Shown here: positions 36,530-45,619 of the stretch, one piece after another
Layout of the letters: each line of letters begins with the position of its first letter
Numbering within the stretch: position 1 is the stretch's first letter
Origin: Verrucomicrobiota bacterium
Lineage (GTDB): Bacteria > Verrucomicrobiota > Verrucomicrobiia > Limisphaerales > SXTU01
Assembly (NCBI GenBank): GCA_039796295.1
Contig: JBDKJY010000037.1
Coordinates: 2,199 to 66,198 of the forward strand
Reading direction: 5' to 3'
DNA: 64,000 bases
The notes under the pieces: model-generated
What the model was told of the DNA's origin: nothing
What the model saw: only the letters and a program-made list of their open reading frames with translations
The model's database searches: none
Made by a program: the position numbers and the translations under genes

Positions 36530-39073
36530 TCAGCGGCAGTTCACGGCCTTCTCCGGCTTCTGCCCGGCCAGCTTCACCGGCGGCGTTGAGCCGTTGCTCT
36601 TCGGCAGGTTGAGGAGGCGCTGGGCTTCGGTGAGGAGGAACTTCGGCTCCATGAACGGCTGGAAGCTGATGTCCTGCCAGCGGATGAGGCCCTCGCCATC
36701 AATGAGGAAGGTGCCGTGCAGCGGCTGGCTCTCGAAGTCGTCGTGGGCGCGGAAGGCCTTGAAGGTCTTCAGGCTCGCGTCCGAGAGCAGCGGGATGGGG
36801 AAGCCGCCGTTGTATTTGGCTTTCTCGACCGTGAAGTTCAGGCCCGCGACGGTGTCGGTGCTCACGGCCACGATGGAAATGCCGGCCTTCTTGAACGCCT
36901 CGGCCTCGGGCGCGAACGCCACCAGTTGCTCGATGCAATGCACACAGCCCGCGCCGAGGTAGAAGATGACCACGACGGGTTTACCTCGGAACTGCCGGAG
37001 CGTGGTCTTCTTCCCGTCGCCGTCGGGCAGGGAGAGGTCCGGCGCGGCGGAGGGCTGCCAGCGGAACGGGCCGAGCGACGCCAGGCTGGGGCGCGGGCCG
37101 AAGTCCCATGAGCGCGTCAGCGGCGGACGCCAGTCGGCAGCGAGCTTCAAGTCCTTCGCCACGGGGGCGAGGCGGCGGAAGACGGGCGCGTCGAGGTCGG
37201 CCTCGGCACTCAACTCGCGCAGCTTGTAGAAGGCGTCGTAGGCCTCGCGAAACTTGCCGTTGCGGTAGGCGAGGTCCACGTAGCTGGCGAGGGGCTGGAC
37301 TTGGTTTTCGGCGGCCTTCATCGCTTCGGCTGCGAGGGTCTCGGCCTTGGCCTTGTCGCCGGCGGCGAAGTGGAGGCGGGCGAGTCGCTCTTTGGGAATG
37401 CCGGTGGCTTTGGCGAGTTGGTCTTTGGCGGCGGTGAAGTTGCCTTCCTTCAACGCGCTGAGAATGCGGAGTTCGGCGATGGCGCTCGCGATGGCGTTGG
37501 TGCTGGCGGTGGCGAGCAGCGCGGTGCCGCGGTCGTAGCCGCCGGTGGAGGCGGCTTTCTTCGTGTCGGATTTCGGGGCGGGCGGCGTGGCGGGTTTGGG
37601 AGCGGTGGTGGCATTGGTGCGCGCTGCCCCCTCTCCCCGGCCCTCTCCCCCGGTGGGGGCGAGGGAGGAAGCAGCGAGGGACTTCGCGTAGGCGGCCTTG
37701 GCGGCGAGGGAGTTGGTAAGCGCAGGCGTGGTCGCTTTGGAGGCGAGCGCGTTGGTGGAGTTAGATGTCAGGCTGGAAGCCTGACCTGCTATGGGGGCTT
37801 CCGCCGGCTTCGCAGCGGGGGCGTTGGTGGTGGGCTTGGGCGTGATTTTCTTGGCAAGGGATTCGAGGGCGGCGATTTGGTTTTTGCCGCCGGTGATGTC
37901 GCCGGTGTTCAACGCCGCGAGGCCGAGCGCGTGGGAGCGGCGGGCTTCGTGGTCGTTGTTGGCGGTCGGTTGGAGATAGACGGAGCCGCCGAGGGCGAGG
38001 AGTTCGTCCCAGAGTTCGTAGCGGACGAGGGTTTCGAGGAGGCGCTGGTAGCCGTAGCTCGAGCTGCCTTTGGTGAGCGTGTTGAACTTCGGGTGGCGCG
38101 GCAGCTCGATCATGTTCTTCGCGAGGTCCACGGCGCGGCGCGCGGCCCCGATGTGGTTGAGGTCGCGAATGAGCCACTCGTTGTTGTGGGCGAAGTTGTG
38201 GATTTGGTCGGGCAAGACGGAGTTGCCCATCATGTAGGCGTGGTCCACGCGGGCGCTGGCCTCCTGCTGCCACGCGGCGTCCGAGTAGCGCTTGAGCGCC
38301 GAGTAGGTGTGGCCGCTCATGTGCCACATGTGCGCGATGCCGGGCGCGGAGAAACCGTCGTTGGCGGCGGAGACGAGCGCGTTAGTGGCGCGCGCGCCTT
38401 CATCCCAGAGGTGGATGCGGAAGTGGTTCGCCGGGTGGAGCGGGTTCGCGGCGAGGATGTCGTTGAGCAGACCGTCCACGGTTTTCTTGTCGCCGTAGGG
38501 GACGCCTTCGCCGTTGTCCTGCCAGCGGCGCACGGCGAGGAAGGCCTTGGCTTCGAGATCGGCGGGGTAGGCCTTCACGATCTGTTCGAGGGCCTTCTGG
38601 TAATCCTTGCGGCGCTCCTTCTCGTCCTTCATCTCGTCGCGGTAGAAGCCGGCGAGCGCGGCAATCCACTGGCGTTCGCGCGGGCTGGCGGCGGCCTGAT
38701 ACTTCTCGGCGGTCTTGATGAACTCCTTCGCGCGCTTGGGGCTGTTGGCCATCGCCATACCCCAGTAGGCGCTGGCGCAAAACGGGTCCAGCGCGGCGAC
38801 TTGGCGGAAGGAACGTTCCGCCTCGAGGTAGAAGAAACCGTGGAGCTGGCCGATGCCTTGGTTGAAGAATTTCTGGGCGAGCGGATGCTTCGTGGTGATG
38901 GGGAAATGCACGTTGCCCATGCCGGTCATCAGGTGCGCCTGCTGGCGCGGGCCTTCGTTGTAAGCATCGCCCTGTAACGAGTGGCCGGCGGGCTGGTCGT
39001 GGTCCGCGCGCGCGGTGGTGGCGAAGGCGAGGCAGGCGACGACGAGCCACGCGAGCGGGAGAAGGCGGTTCAT
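36530..39073 (-). CDS. TPR-like domain protein fused to a C-terminal peroxiredoxin/thioredoxin-fold (AhpC/TSA) domain
   Basis: ORF 36530..39109; ATG 39073 gives the signal MNRLLPLAWLVVACLAFATTARA. The C-terminus FRGKPVVVIFYLGAGCVHCIEQL...GISIVAVSTD is redoxin-like. Contains an in-frame GEGRGEG-type element at 37623-37668. Confidence 0.8.
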   Translation of the reverse strand: MNRLLPLAWLVVACLAFATTARADHDQPAGHSLQGDAYNEGPRQQAHLMTGMGNVHFPITTKHPLAQKFFNQGIGQLHGFFYLEAERSFRQVAALDPFCASAYWGMAMANSPKRAKEFIKTAEKYQAAASPRERQWIAALAGFYRDEMKDEKERRKDYQKALEQIVKAYPADLEAKAFLAVRRWQDNGEGVPYGDKKTVDGLLNDILAANPLHPANHFRIHLWDEGARATNALVSAANDGFSAPGIAHMWHMSGHTYSALKRYSDAAWQQEASARVDHAYMMGNSVLPDQIHNFAHNNEWLIRDLNHIGAARRAVDLAKNMIELPRHPKFNTLTKGSSSYGYQRLLETLVRYELWDELLALGGSVYLQPTANNDHEARRSHALGLAALNTGDITGGKNQIAALESLAKKITPKPTTNAPAAKPAEAPIAGQASSLTSNSTNALASKATTPALTNSLAAKAAYAKSLAASSLAPTGGEGRGEGAARTNATTAPKPATPPAPKSDTKKAASTGGYDRGTALLATASTNAIASAIAELRILSALKEGNFTAAKDQLAKATGIPKERLARLHFAAGDKAKAETLAAEAMKAAENQVQPLASYVDLAYRNGKFREAYDAFYKLRELSAEADLDAPVFRRLAPVAKDLKLAADWRPPLTRSWDFGPRPSLASLGPFRWQPSAAPDLSLPDGDGKKTTLRQFRGKPVVVIFYLGAGCVHCIEQLVAFAPEAEAFKKAGISIVAVSTDTVAGLNFTVEKAKYNGGFPIPLLSDASLKTFKAFRAHDDFESQPLHGTFLIDGEGLIRWQDISFQPFMEPKFLLTEAQRLLNLPKSNGSTPPVKLAGQKPEKAVNCR

Positions 39074-39414
39074 TTGCTCAAGCGCCGACGGCCCGGCGCT
39101 CCCGACCATTCAGCGGGCGTCGGCGCACAGGGGTGGCAACCGTTCCGGGCGCGGGCATGGCCAACCAACAGCCGCACCTAGAGTCTTCCGCATGGGGCGC
39201 TCGCGGGCGGCGCGCACCGTTCGATAGGTTCTCGGGCGAGGTGGACGTTAGCGGATGTTGGTGGAGGCTGGATTTCCGGTAGTGCCCGGGGCACTTCGGG
39301 GGGGTGGCGTCGCTGTGGCGCAAGGCCGACTTGAAAATCTGCCGCCTCGACCTCGGGCGCGTCGCCGTAGCCGGAAACGGGATGATTACGCGGCCGTTAG
39401 CCGGAACGATTCCT

Positions 39415-39569
39415 TTGAAACCACAAAGGCACAAAGAACACGAAGGTCAGGCAGAAAAACTTGTGGTTTGGCAAAGGTGGTGAAGGCGCACTGAACGGTG
39501 CGGCCAGATTTGTTGAACGGCCCTGCTTCTGCGGCTCCGCTTCGTGCGCTTCGTGCCTTTGTGGTTCAA
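39415..39569. repeat. long imperfect inverted repeat (TTGAAACCACAAAGGCAC.. / ..GTGCCTTTGTGGTTCAA)
   Basis: The ~30-nt arms at 39415-39445 and 39540-39569 share perfectly complementary 14-nt and 7-nt blocks. Lies in the 600-bp divergent intergenic region. Confidence 0.7.
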
Positions 39570-39679
39570 GCCATCTGCCTGGTTCCGGCTTAGAGGCGCT
39601 GCGTGTGTGGCCCGGCGAGCAATCACGCTGCGCTGTGCGGGAATTGGGAATTGATTGGCGACTCGTTAGCCCGTCTCCT

Positions 39680-40162
39680 ATGCGGATTCGTATGAGCCAC
39701 GCCTCACCCAAAACGCTCGCCTACAAACGCTCGCGCTTCGCCGCGCAGTTGCCGCTCGAAGCGCTTTACAGCCCGTCGCACGCGTGGGCGGCGCGGCAGG
39801 CGGACGGCGCGTGGCGCGTGGGCATCACCAAGTTCGCCACCCGCATGCTCGGCGACATGGTTGAGTGCGGTTGGGAAATCGAACCGGGCACGAAGGTCGC
39901 CTGTGGGCAAGTCGTCGGCTGGGTCGAGGGCTTCAAGGCCATCTCAGATGTCTATTGCATCGTGGACGGCGAGTTCCTCGGCGCGAACCCGCTGCTCAAA
40001 ACCAAGATCACCACCGTGAACAAAGACCCGCACGGCAATGGCTGGCTCTACGCCGCCACCGGCACGCCCGAGTCCCGCTGCCTCGATGTGCACGCGTATG
40101 TGAAGCTGCTGGACAAGACGATTGATAAGATTCTGGAGCGCGAGCACGCGGAGGAAAAATGA
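39680..40162 (+). CDS. glycine cleavage system H-like (lipoyl-domain) protein
   Basis: ORF 39461..40162; ATG 39680 (or 39692). VGWVEGFKAISDVY matches the GcvH lipoyl-lysine region (E-x-x-K-A-x-S-D). GNGWLY tail. Confidence 0.7.
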   Translation: MRIRMSHASPKTLAYKRSRFAAQLPLEALYSPSHAWAARQADGAWRVGITKFATRMLGDMVECGWEIEPGTKVACGQVVGWVEGFKAISDVYCIVDGEFLGANPLLKTKITTVNKDPHGNGWLYAATGTPESRCLDVHAYVKLLDKTIDKILEREHAEEK

Positions 40163-40258
40163 GGTGTTCAGTTTTCAGTGCTGACGCCCTTTCGAACAGC
40201 CCGTTGTAGCCGACACGCTGACTGAACACTGGATTCTGCACACTTTCCCAAACCAACC

Positions 40259-41368
40259 ATGACCCAAGCCCGTTACCTCATGCTCGGCGGCTTCCTCGGC
40301 GCTGGTAAGACCACCGCCGTCGCCAAGCTCGCCGAGCGCCTCACCGCGCAGGGGCTGCGCGTCGGCCTCATCACCAACGACCAAGGCAAGGAGCTCGTGG
40401 ACACGGCGATGCTCCGTTCGCGCGGCTTTGCCACCGAAGAAATCCCCGGCGGCTGCTTCTGCTGTCGCTTCAACTCGCTCGTGGACGCAGCGAACAAGCT
40501 CACCGAACGCACGCGCCCCGATGTCTTCATCGCCGAGCCGGTGGGTAGTTGCACCGACCTCGTCGCCACCGTCACCTACCCGCTGCGACGGATATATGGC
40601 GACCAGTTCCTCATCGCGCCCCTGAGCGTGCTCGTGGACCCGGTGCGCGCCCAGCGCGTGCTCGGCCTCGCGGACGGCGGACAGTTCTCCGAGAAGGTGC
40701 TCTATATCTACCGCAAGCAACTCGAGGAAGCCGACCTCATCGTCATCAACAAACGCGAACTCCTCGACACCCTCCAACTCGACCGCCTCCGCCTCCGCCT
40801 CGCCGAACAATTCCCCCGCGCCAAAGTCCTCGCCGTCTCGGCCCGCACCGGCGCGGGCCTCGACGACTGGTTTCAGCACATCACCGCCACCGAGCAAATC
40901 GCCCGCGTCGCGATGGCCGTGGACTACGAAGTCTATGCCGAAGGCGAAGCGCTCCTCGGTTGGCTGAACGCCACCGTGGCCCTCTCAAACCAAAAGGGCT
41001 TCGACGGCAACCAAGTCCTCCGCGACCTCGCTGACACCCTGCGCCGCCTGCTAGCGGAAGCCGGGGCGGAAGTCGCGCATTTGAAAATGACCTTGGAGCC
41101 GGAAGATGCGGGCCTCGGCGACCTCGCCGTCATCAACCTCGTGCGGAACGACATCGTCCCCGAGCTGTCGCAAGAACTCTCTGACTGGCTCGACGCCGGC
41201 AAGCTCATCCTCAACTGCCGCGCGGAAGCCGGCCCCGACACGCTGAACTCCGTCCTCAACGCCGCCCTTACCGAAGTCGGCAAGCAACACCCGCAGCTCT
41301 TCCTGCGGCTGGAACACCTCGAACACTTCCGCCCAGGTAAGCCGCAGCCGACGCACCGGGACGCGTAG
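40259..41368 (+). CDS. CobW/COG0523-type G3E family GTPase (metallochaperone-like)
   Basis: 369-aa ORF. P-loop GGFLGAGKTT, metal-binding GGCFCC motif, and INKRELL (NKxD-like). Confidence 0.8.
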   Translation: MTQARYLMLGGFLGAGKTTAVAKLAERLTAQGLRVGLITNDQGKELVDTAMLRSRGFATEEIPGGCFCCRFNSLVDAANKLTERTRPDVFIAEPVGSCTDLVATVTYPLRRIYGDQFLIAPLSVLVDPVRAQRVLGLADGGQFSEKVLYIYRKQLEEADLIVINKRELLDTLQLDRLRLRLAEQFPRAKVLAVSARTGAGLDDWFQHITATEQIARVAMAVDYEVYAEGEALLGWLNATVALSNQKGFDGNQVLRDLADTLRRLLAEAGAEVAHLKMTLEPEDAGLGDLAVINLVRNDIVPELSQELSDWLDAGKLILNCRAEAGPDTLNSVLNAALTEVGKQHPQLFLRLEHLEHFRPGKPQPTHRDA

Positions 41369-41601
41369 TCCAAGTAATACCAATTCCCAAAGCCAATCGG
41401 TGCCTTACCGTCCTGTGGGGGGAAGGGGTGTGGACGACCACCGAACGCTACTGACCGAAGCTCATAGGGACTTGGGATAAGTCAGCGGCTGCCCTGGTCG
41501 GGCCGCCGGACAGAAATTGAACGGACGCCCCGCCGGGCAAATGGTTTGACCCCTCCGCGCTTTGCCTTTAGCAATGCGCGCCACCAAACCGAACACCACG
41601 C

Positions 41602-43131
41602 ATGAGCACCGCCACCGACCGTCCGCCGGCCACCCAACGCACCAAATACATGACCCTGCTCGCCGCCCTGCTGGGGTGGATGTTCGACGGCTTCGAGATG
41701 GGGCTCTTCCCGCTCATCGGCGGGCCGGCGCTCGCGGATTTGCTCGGGCCGACTTCCTCGCCGGCGGACGCGGGCAAGTGGTTTGGGGCCATCATCGCTG
41801 TCTTCCTCGTCGGCGCGGCGACCGGCGGCGTTCTCTTCGGCTGGCTGGGCGACAAGATTGGCCGCGTGCGCGCGATGTCGTTAAGCATCTTCACCTACGC
41901 CATTTTCACGGGCCTGTGCGGGTTCGCGACGGAGGCGTGGCACATCGCGGCCTTGCGGTTCATCGCGTCGCTGGGCATGGGTGGCGAGTGGTCGCTGGGC
42001 GTGGCGCTGGTGAATGAGGTTTGGCCGGGCAAGTCCCGCGCGTTCATCGCCGGCCTCATTGGCGCGGCGGCGAACGTAGGCTTCCTCATGGTCGCGGTCC
42101 TGAGCATGGGGCTGGCGGGCTTCATCGGCGGCGTGGAGGGGATGCTGAAAGCCATCGGCTGCTCGGACGCGACGACGACAAAGCTGCTGGCGAACTCTGC
42201 GTGGCGCTTCCTGATGATCAGCGGCGCGTTCCCGGCGCTACTCATCTTCTTCATCCGCCTCTTCGTGCCGGAGTCGGAGAAGTGGGAGGACGAGAAGGCC
42301 AAGGGCGGCACGGCGAACTGGGCGAACTCCGACCTGCTCGGCGTGCTCATCGGCTGTGTCGCGGCGCTGGGTATCATCTACGTGTGGTCGCCGGCGGCGG
42401 CGCACATCAGCGGCGCGGTCGCGACGCTCGTCACTCTTGTCGGGTTGGTGGTGGCGTTGTTCGGCTATCTGTTTCCGGTGCGGCAATACCTGGCCCGCTC
42501 GGTTGCCGGTGGCTCGCTCAAGCCGGAGTCCCAGACCGCCGTGGTGAAAAGCATGTTGCTGGGCGCGGGTCTTGCGGCAGTGGCGCTGCTGGGCACGTGG
42601 GGTTCCATCCAGTGGGCTCCGCGCTGGGCCGGCCAACTCCAGCCCGACACGAAGGAAGTGAAACACTACGCGAAGGAGAAAACCCAGATTGCCACCGCCG
42701 TCGGGGCCATCATCGCGACCATCGTGGCGGCGGTGGCGGCGGGGCGGTTTGGGCGGCGCGTCACTTACACCGTGATGTGCGTCGGCTCCATCGCGTCCGC
42801 GCTCTGGTTTTACAACGCCAACACCGCCTTCGGCCCGGGCTTCCTGTTCGCGGCGTTCATGGCGGGCGGCATCACCGCGTCGTTCTACGGTTTCTTTCCG
42901 CTCTACTTCCCGGAGTTGTTCCCCACGGCGGTGCGCGCGACGGGGCAGGGGTTCTCGTTCAACTTCGGGCGCATCGTCGCGGCCATCGGCGGCCTGCAAA
43001 CCGCCACGTTGATGAAGGCTTTCGACGGCAGCTTCCCGAAAGCCGGCTCCGTCATGGCGGCCATCTACGTCATCGGCATCTTCATCATCTGGCTCGGGCC
43101 GGAGACGAAGGACCGCGAGCTGCCGGAGTGA
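41602..43131 (+). CDS. MFS transporter
   Basis: 509-aa ORF with about 12 hydrophobic segments. The motif GWLGDKIGRVR matches MFS signature loop 2-3. Confidence 0.85.
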   Translation: MSTATDRPPATQRTKYMTLLAALLGWMFDGFEMGLFPLIGGPALADLLGPTSSPADAGKWFGAIIAVFLVGAATGGVLFGWLGDKIGRVRAMSLSIFTYAIFTGLCGFATEAWHIAALRFIASLGMGGEWSLGVALVNEVWPGKSRAFIAGLIGAAANVGFLMVAVLSMGLAGFIGGVEGMLKAIGCSDATTTKLLANSAWRFLMISGAFPALLIFFIRLFVPESEKWEDEKAKGGTANWANSDLLGVLIGCVAALGIIYVWSPAAAHISGAVATLVTLVGLVVALFGYLFPVRQYLARSVAGGSLKPESQTAVVKSMLLGAGLAAVALLGTWGSIQWAPRWAGQLQPDTKEVKHYAKEKTQIATAVGAIIATIVAAVAAGRFGRRVTYTVMCVGSIASALWFYNANTAFGPGFLFAAFMAGGITASFYGFFPLYFPELFPTAVRATGQGFSFNFGRIVAAIGGLQTATLMKAFDGSFPKAGSVMAAIYVIGIFIIWLGPETKDRELPE

Positions 43132-43225
43132 GCGGGGAACAAGCGCCGCCTCCCTCCCGGCGAAAGCCTGCACTGCGCCAGCCCGCTGGCGCTTTTCCCG
43201 CGCGTGTTGAACACTCCTCCGCGCC

Positions 43226-45610
43226 GTGACTCCGCCTACCGCCCACTCCGATCCCGAAACGCCGAACTCGGAACGCTTCGTCACGCCCGGGCGTTTCGCC
43301 ACCCTGCTTGCTCTGCTCGTCTTCGTCTCGTGGTCGGATGTCCTCCTCGGCGCGGGGAGCTTCGTCCTGCGCGACTACAGCCTCTTTGGCTATCCCATCG
43401 CGCACTACCACCACGACTGTTTCTGGCGCGGCGAACTGCCGCTCTGGAACCCGCTCAACAACTGCGGCCTCCCCTTCCTCGCGCAGTGGAACACGCTGAC
43501 GCTTTACCCCGGTGCGCTCTGCTACCTGCTCCTGCCGCTGCCGTGGTCGCTGGGCTTGTTCATGCTGTTGCATCTCTGGCTCGGCGGCTTCGGCGTGTAT
43601 GCCCTCGCGCGCCGTTGGACGGAGCTGAACTTCCCCGCCGCCGTCGCCGGCGTGGCCTACGCCTTTCACGGCCTTGTGCAGCAATCCCTCATGTGGCCGA
43701 ACAACCTCGCCGCCTTCGCCCTGCTCCCGTGGGTCGTGCTGACGGTGGAAACCGGCGTGCGCGAAGGTGGTCGCAAGCACGTCGTGGCTGCGCTCGTCGG
43801 CGCGCTGCAAATGCTCACCGGCGCGCCGGAGGTAATCCTGTTCACCTGGCTGCTGGTCGCGGCGTTGGCGGCGGGGAGACTGTTCAGTGTTCAGTGTTCA
43901 GTGTTCAGAAGGTGTTCGGAACTCGGCGTGCCCACCGAGCGCCCGCCACTCTTCACTCTTCACCCTTCACTCTTCACTCCCCTCCTCCGCCTCCTCAGCG
44001 TCATCGTCCTCGTCACCCTCCTCGCCGCCGCCCAACTCCTGCCCTTCCTCGAACTCCTTCACCATTCGCAGCGGGACGCGGGCTTCAACGGCGCGATCTG
44101 GTCTTTGCCCCTCTGGGGCGCGGCGAACCTCGTATCGCCGCTCTTCCAGACAACGCTTTCCGCGCCCGGCGTGCCTTTCCAAAACGGGCAGAGCTGGACG
44201 GCTTCGTTCTACGCCGGCCTGCCCGTGCTCGCGCTCGCACTCGTCGCCGTCCGGCGCGGCAGTTCACCGCGGGTATGGGTGCTTGCGACCGTGGTGCTCT
44301 TGAGCCTCGCGACCGCCCTAGGTGAGAACGGCTGGTTGTATCTCGCCTTGAAACAAATCGGGCCGCTCGGCGGGATGCGCTACCCGGCGAAGTTCGTCAT
44401 CCCGCTCACCTTCGCGCTCCCGTTGCTCGCCGCCTTCGCGCTGCGCGACTTGCTCCCCGCCCCGGGCCAGCCGCTTCCCCTGGCCCCCACCGCTCGCCGA
44501 CGCTTGTGGGGAGCTGCCAGCGTGCTCCTCGCCCTCAGCGTAGGCCTCACGCTGTATGGCTGGAAGCACCCGGTGCCGGGCGAAGGCGAGGCCGGTCAAC
44601 ACCTCTTGCTGCGCGGCACCCTGGTGGGCGGCATCGCGCTGCTCCTAGCGCTCGCGGCCGTGTTGGGACTGGCGCGGGCCGGGACGCCGGGGCGAACCCT
44701 CAGCCTTAGTCTCGCGCTCCTGGTCTTGATTTTCTTGGACCTGAAAACCCACCTGCCCCAGCTCACCCCACGAGTCGCCCTCGACGTTTACCAGCCCGGT
44801 CATCCGCTCACGCAAGCCCCGGACGCCCCGCGCCTCGGTGGCCCCCGTGCCGCGCTCACCTGGCAGGCGGCGCAGGAGTTCAGAGGCAAGCTCCTGCCCA
44901 GCTTTACCGACACGCTCCTGAACCAGCGCATGGGCCTCTTCGGAGACCTCAATCTGATCGAGGGCCTCCCCAAAACCGACGGCTTCTTCAGCCTCTACCT
45001 GCGCGCGCAGCGGGAGGTTGAGACGCAGCTCATCTTCGGGAGCCAGACAAACTCGCTCCCCGACCCGATCCTGGACTTCCATGGCATCGCGCACCTCAGC
45101 TCCTCGACGAACCTCTTCCAGTGGCACCACCGCGCCACCGCCCTCCCGCTCATCACCGCCGGGCAACGCCCCGAGTTCGTCGCCGCCGAGCAGACCCTGA
45201 CTGCGCTCGGCTCGCCCGGGTGGAACCCCACGGCGACCGTTTTCATTCATCCGTGGGACCGGATGTATGTGCCCAACACCAACGCCACAACCGCCAAAGT
45301 CCTGTCCACGCACTGGACCGCCCACCGCATCGAGTGCGAAGTGGACTCGCCCGCGCCCACGCTGGTCGTCCTCGCGCAAGCGTTCTACACTCCGTGGCAA
45401 GCCACCGTGAACGGCCAGCCAACAAACATCCTTCGCGCCAACTACGCCTTCCAAGCCGTGCCCATCCCGGCTGGCCGGAGCACGGTGCGGCTGGAGTATG
45501 TGGACCACCGCTTCCAACTTGGTGTCGGGTTGTCCGCGCTCGGCCTCCTCGCGTGCTGCGTCCTCTGGTGCCGCGCCAAACCCAGCGCCTCACTAATCAC
45601 TAAACACTAA
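43226..45610 (+). CDS. YfhO-like GT-C membrane protein, paralog 1
   Basis: 794 aa, polytopic. The C-terminal pattern FYTPWQATVNGQPTNILRANYAFQAVPIPAGRSTVRLEYV is typical of the YfhO family. First of three tandem paralogs. Confidence 0.8.
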   Translation: MTPPTAHSDPETPNSERFVTPGRFATLLALLVFVSWSDVLLGAGSFVLRDYSLFGYPIAHYHHDCFWRGELPLWNPLNNCGLPFLAQWNTLTLYPGALCYLLLPLPWSLGLFMLLHLWLGGFGVYALARRWTELNFPAAVAGVAYAFHGLVQQSLMWPNNLAAFALLPWVVLTVETGVREGGRKHVVAALVGALQMLTGAPEVILFTWLLVAALAAGRLFSVQCSVFRRCSELGVPTERPPLFTLHPSLFTPLLRLLSVIVLVTLLAAAQLLPFLELLHHSQRDAGFNGAIWSLPLWGAANLVSPLFQTTLSAPGVPFQNGQSWTASFYAGLPVLALALVAVRRGSSPRVWVLATVVLLSLATALGENGWLYLALKQIGPLGGMRYPAKFVIPLTFALPLLAAFALRDLLPAPGQPLPLAPTARRRLWGAASVLLALSVGLTLYGWKHPVPGEGEAGQHLLLRGTLVGGIALLLALAAVLGLARAGTPGRTLSLSLALLVLIFLDLKTHLPQLTPRVALDVYQPGHPLTQAPDAPRLGGPRAALTWQAAQEFRGKLLPSFTDTLLNQRMGLFGDLNLIEGLPKTDGFFSLYLRAQREVETQLIFGSQTNSLPDPILDFHGIAHLSSSTNLFQWHHRATALPLITAGQRPEFVAAEQTLTALGSPGWNPTATVFIHPWDRMYVPNTNATTAKVLSTHWTAHRIECEVDSPAPTLVVLAQAFYTPWQATVNGQPTNILRANYAFQAVPIPAGRSTVRLEYVDHRFQLGVGLSALGLLACCVLWCRAKPSASLITKH

Positions 45611-45619
45611 TCACTCACC

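Noticed and set aside
39461-39679. N-terminal 73-aa extension of the GcvH-like ORF
   Set aside because: It is Cys/Gly/Ser-rich and low in complexity, and overlaps the inverted repeat at 39415-39569. GcvH homology starts after the ATG at 39680/39692.
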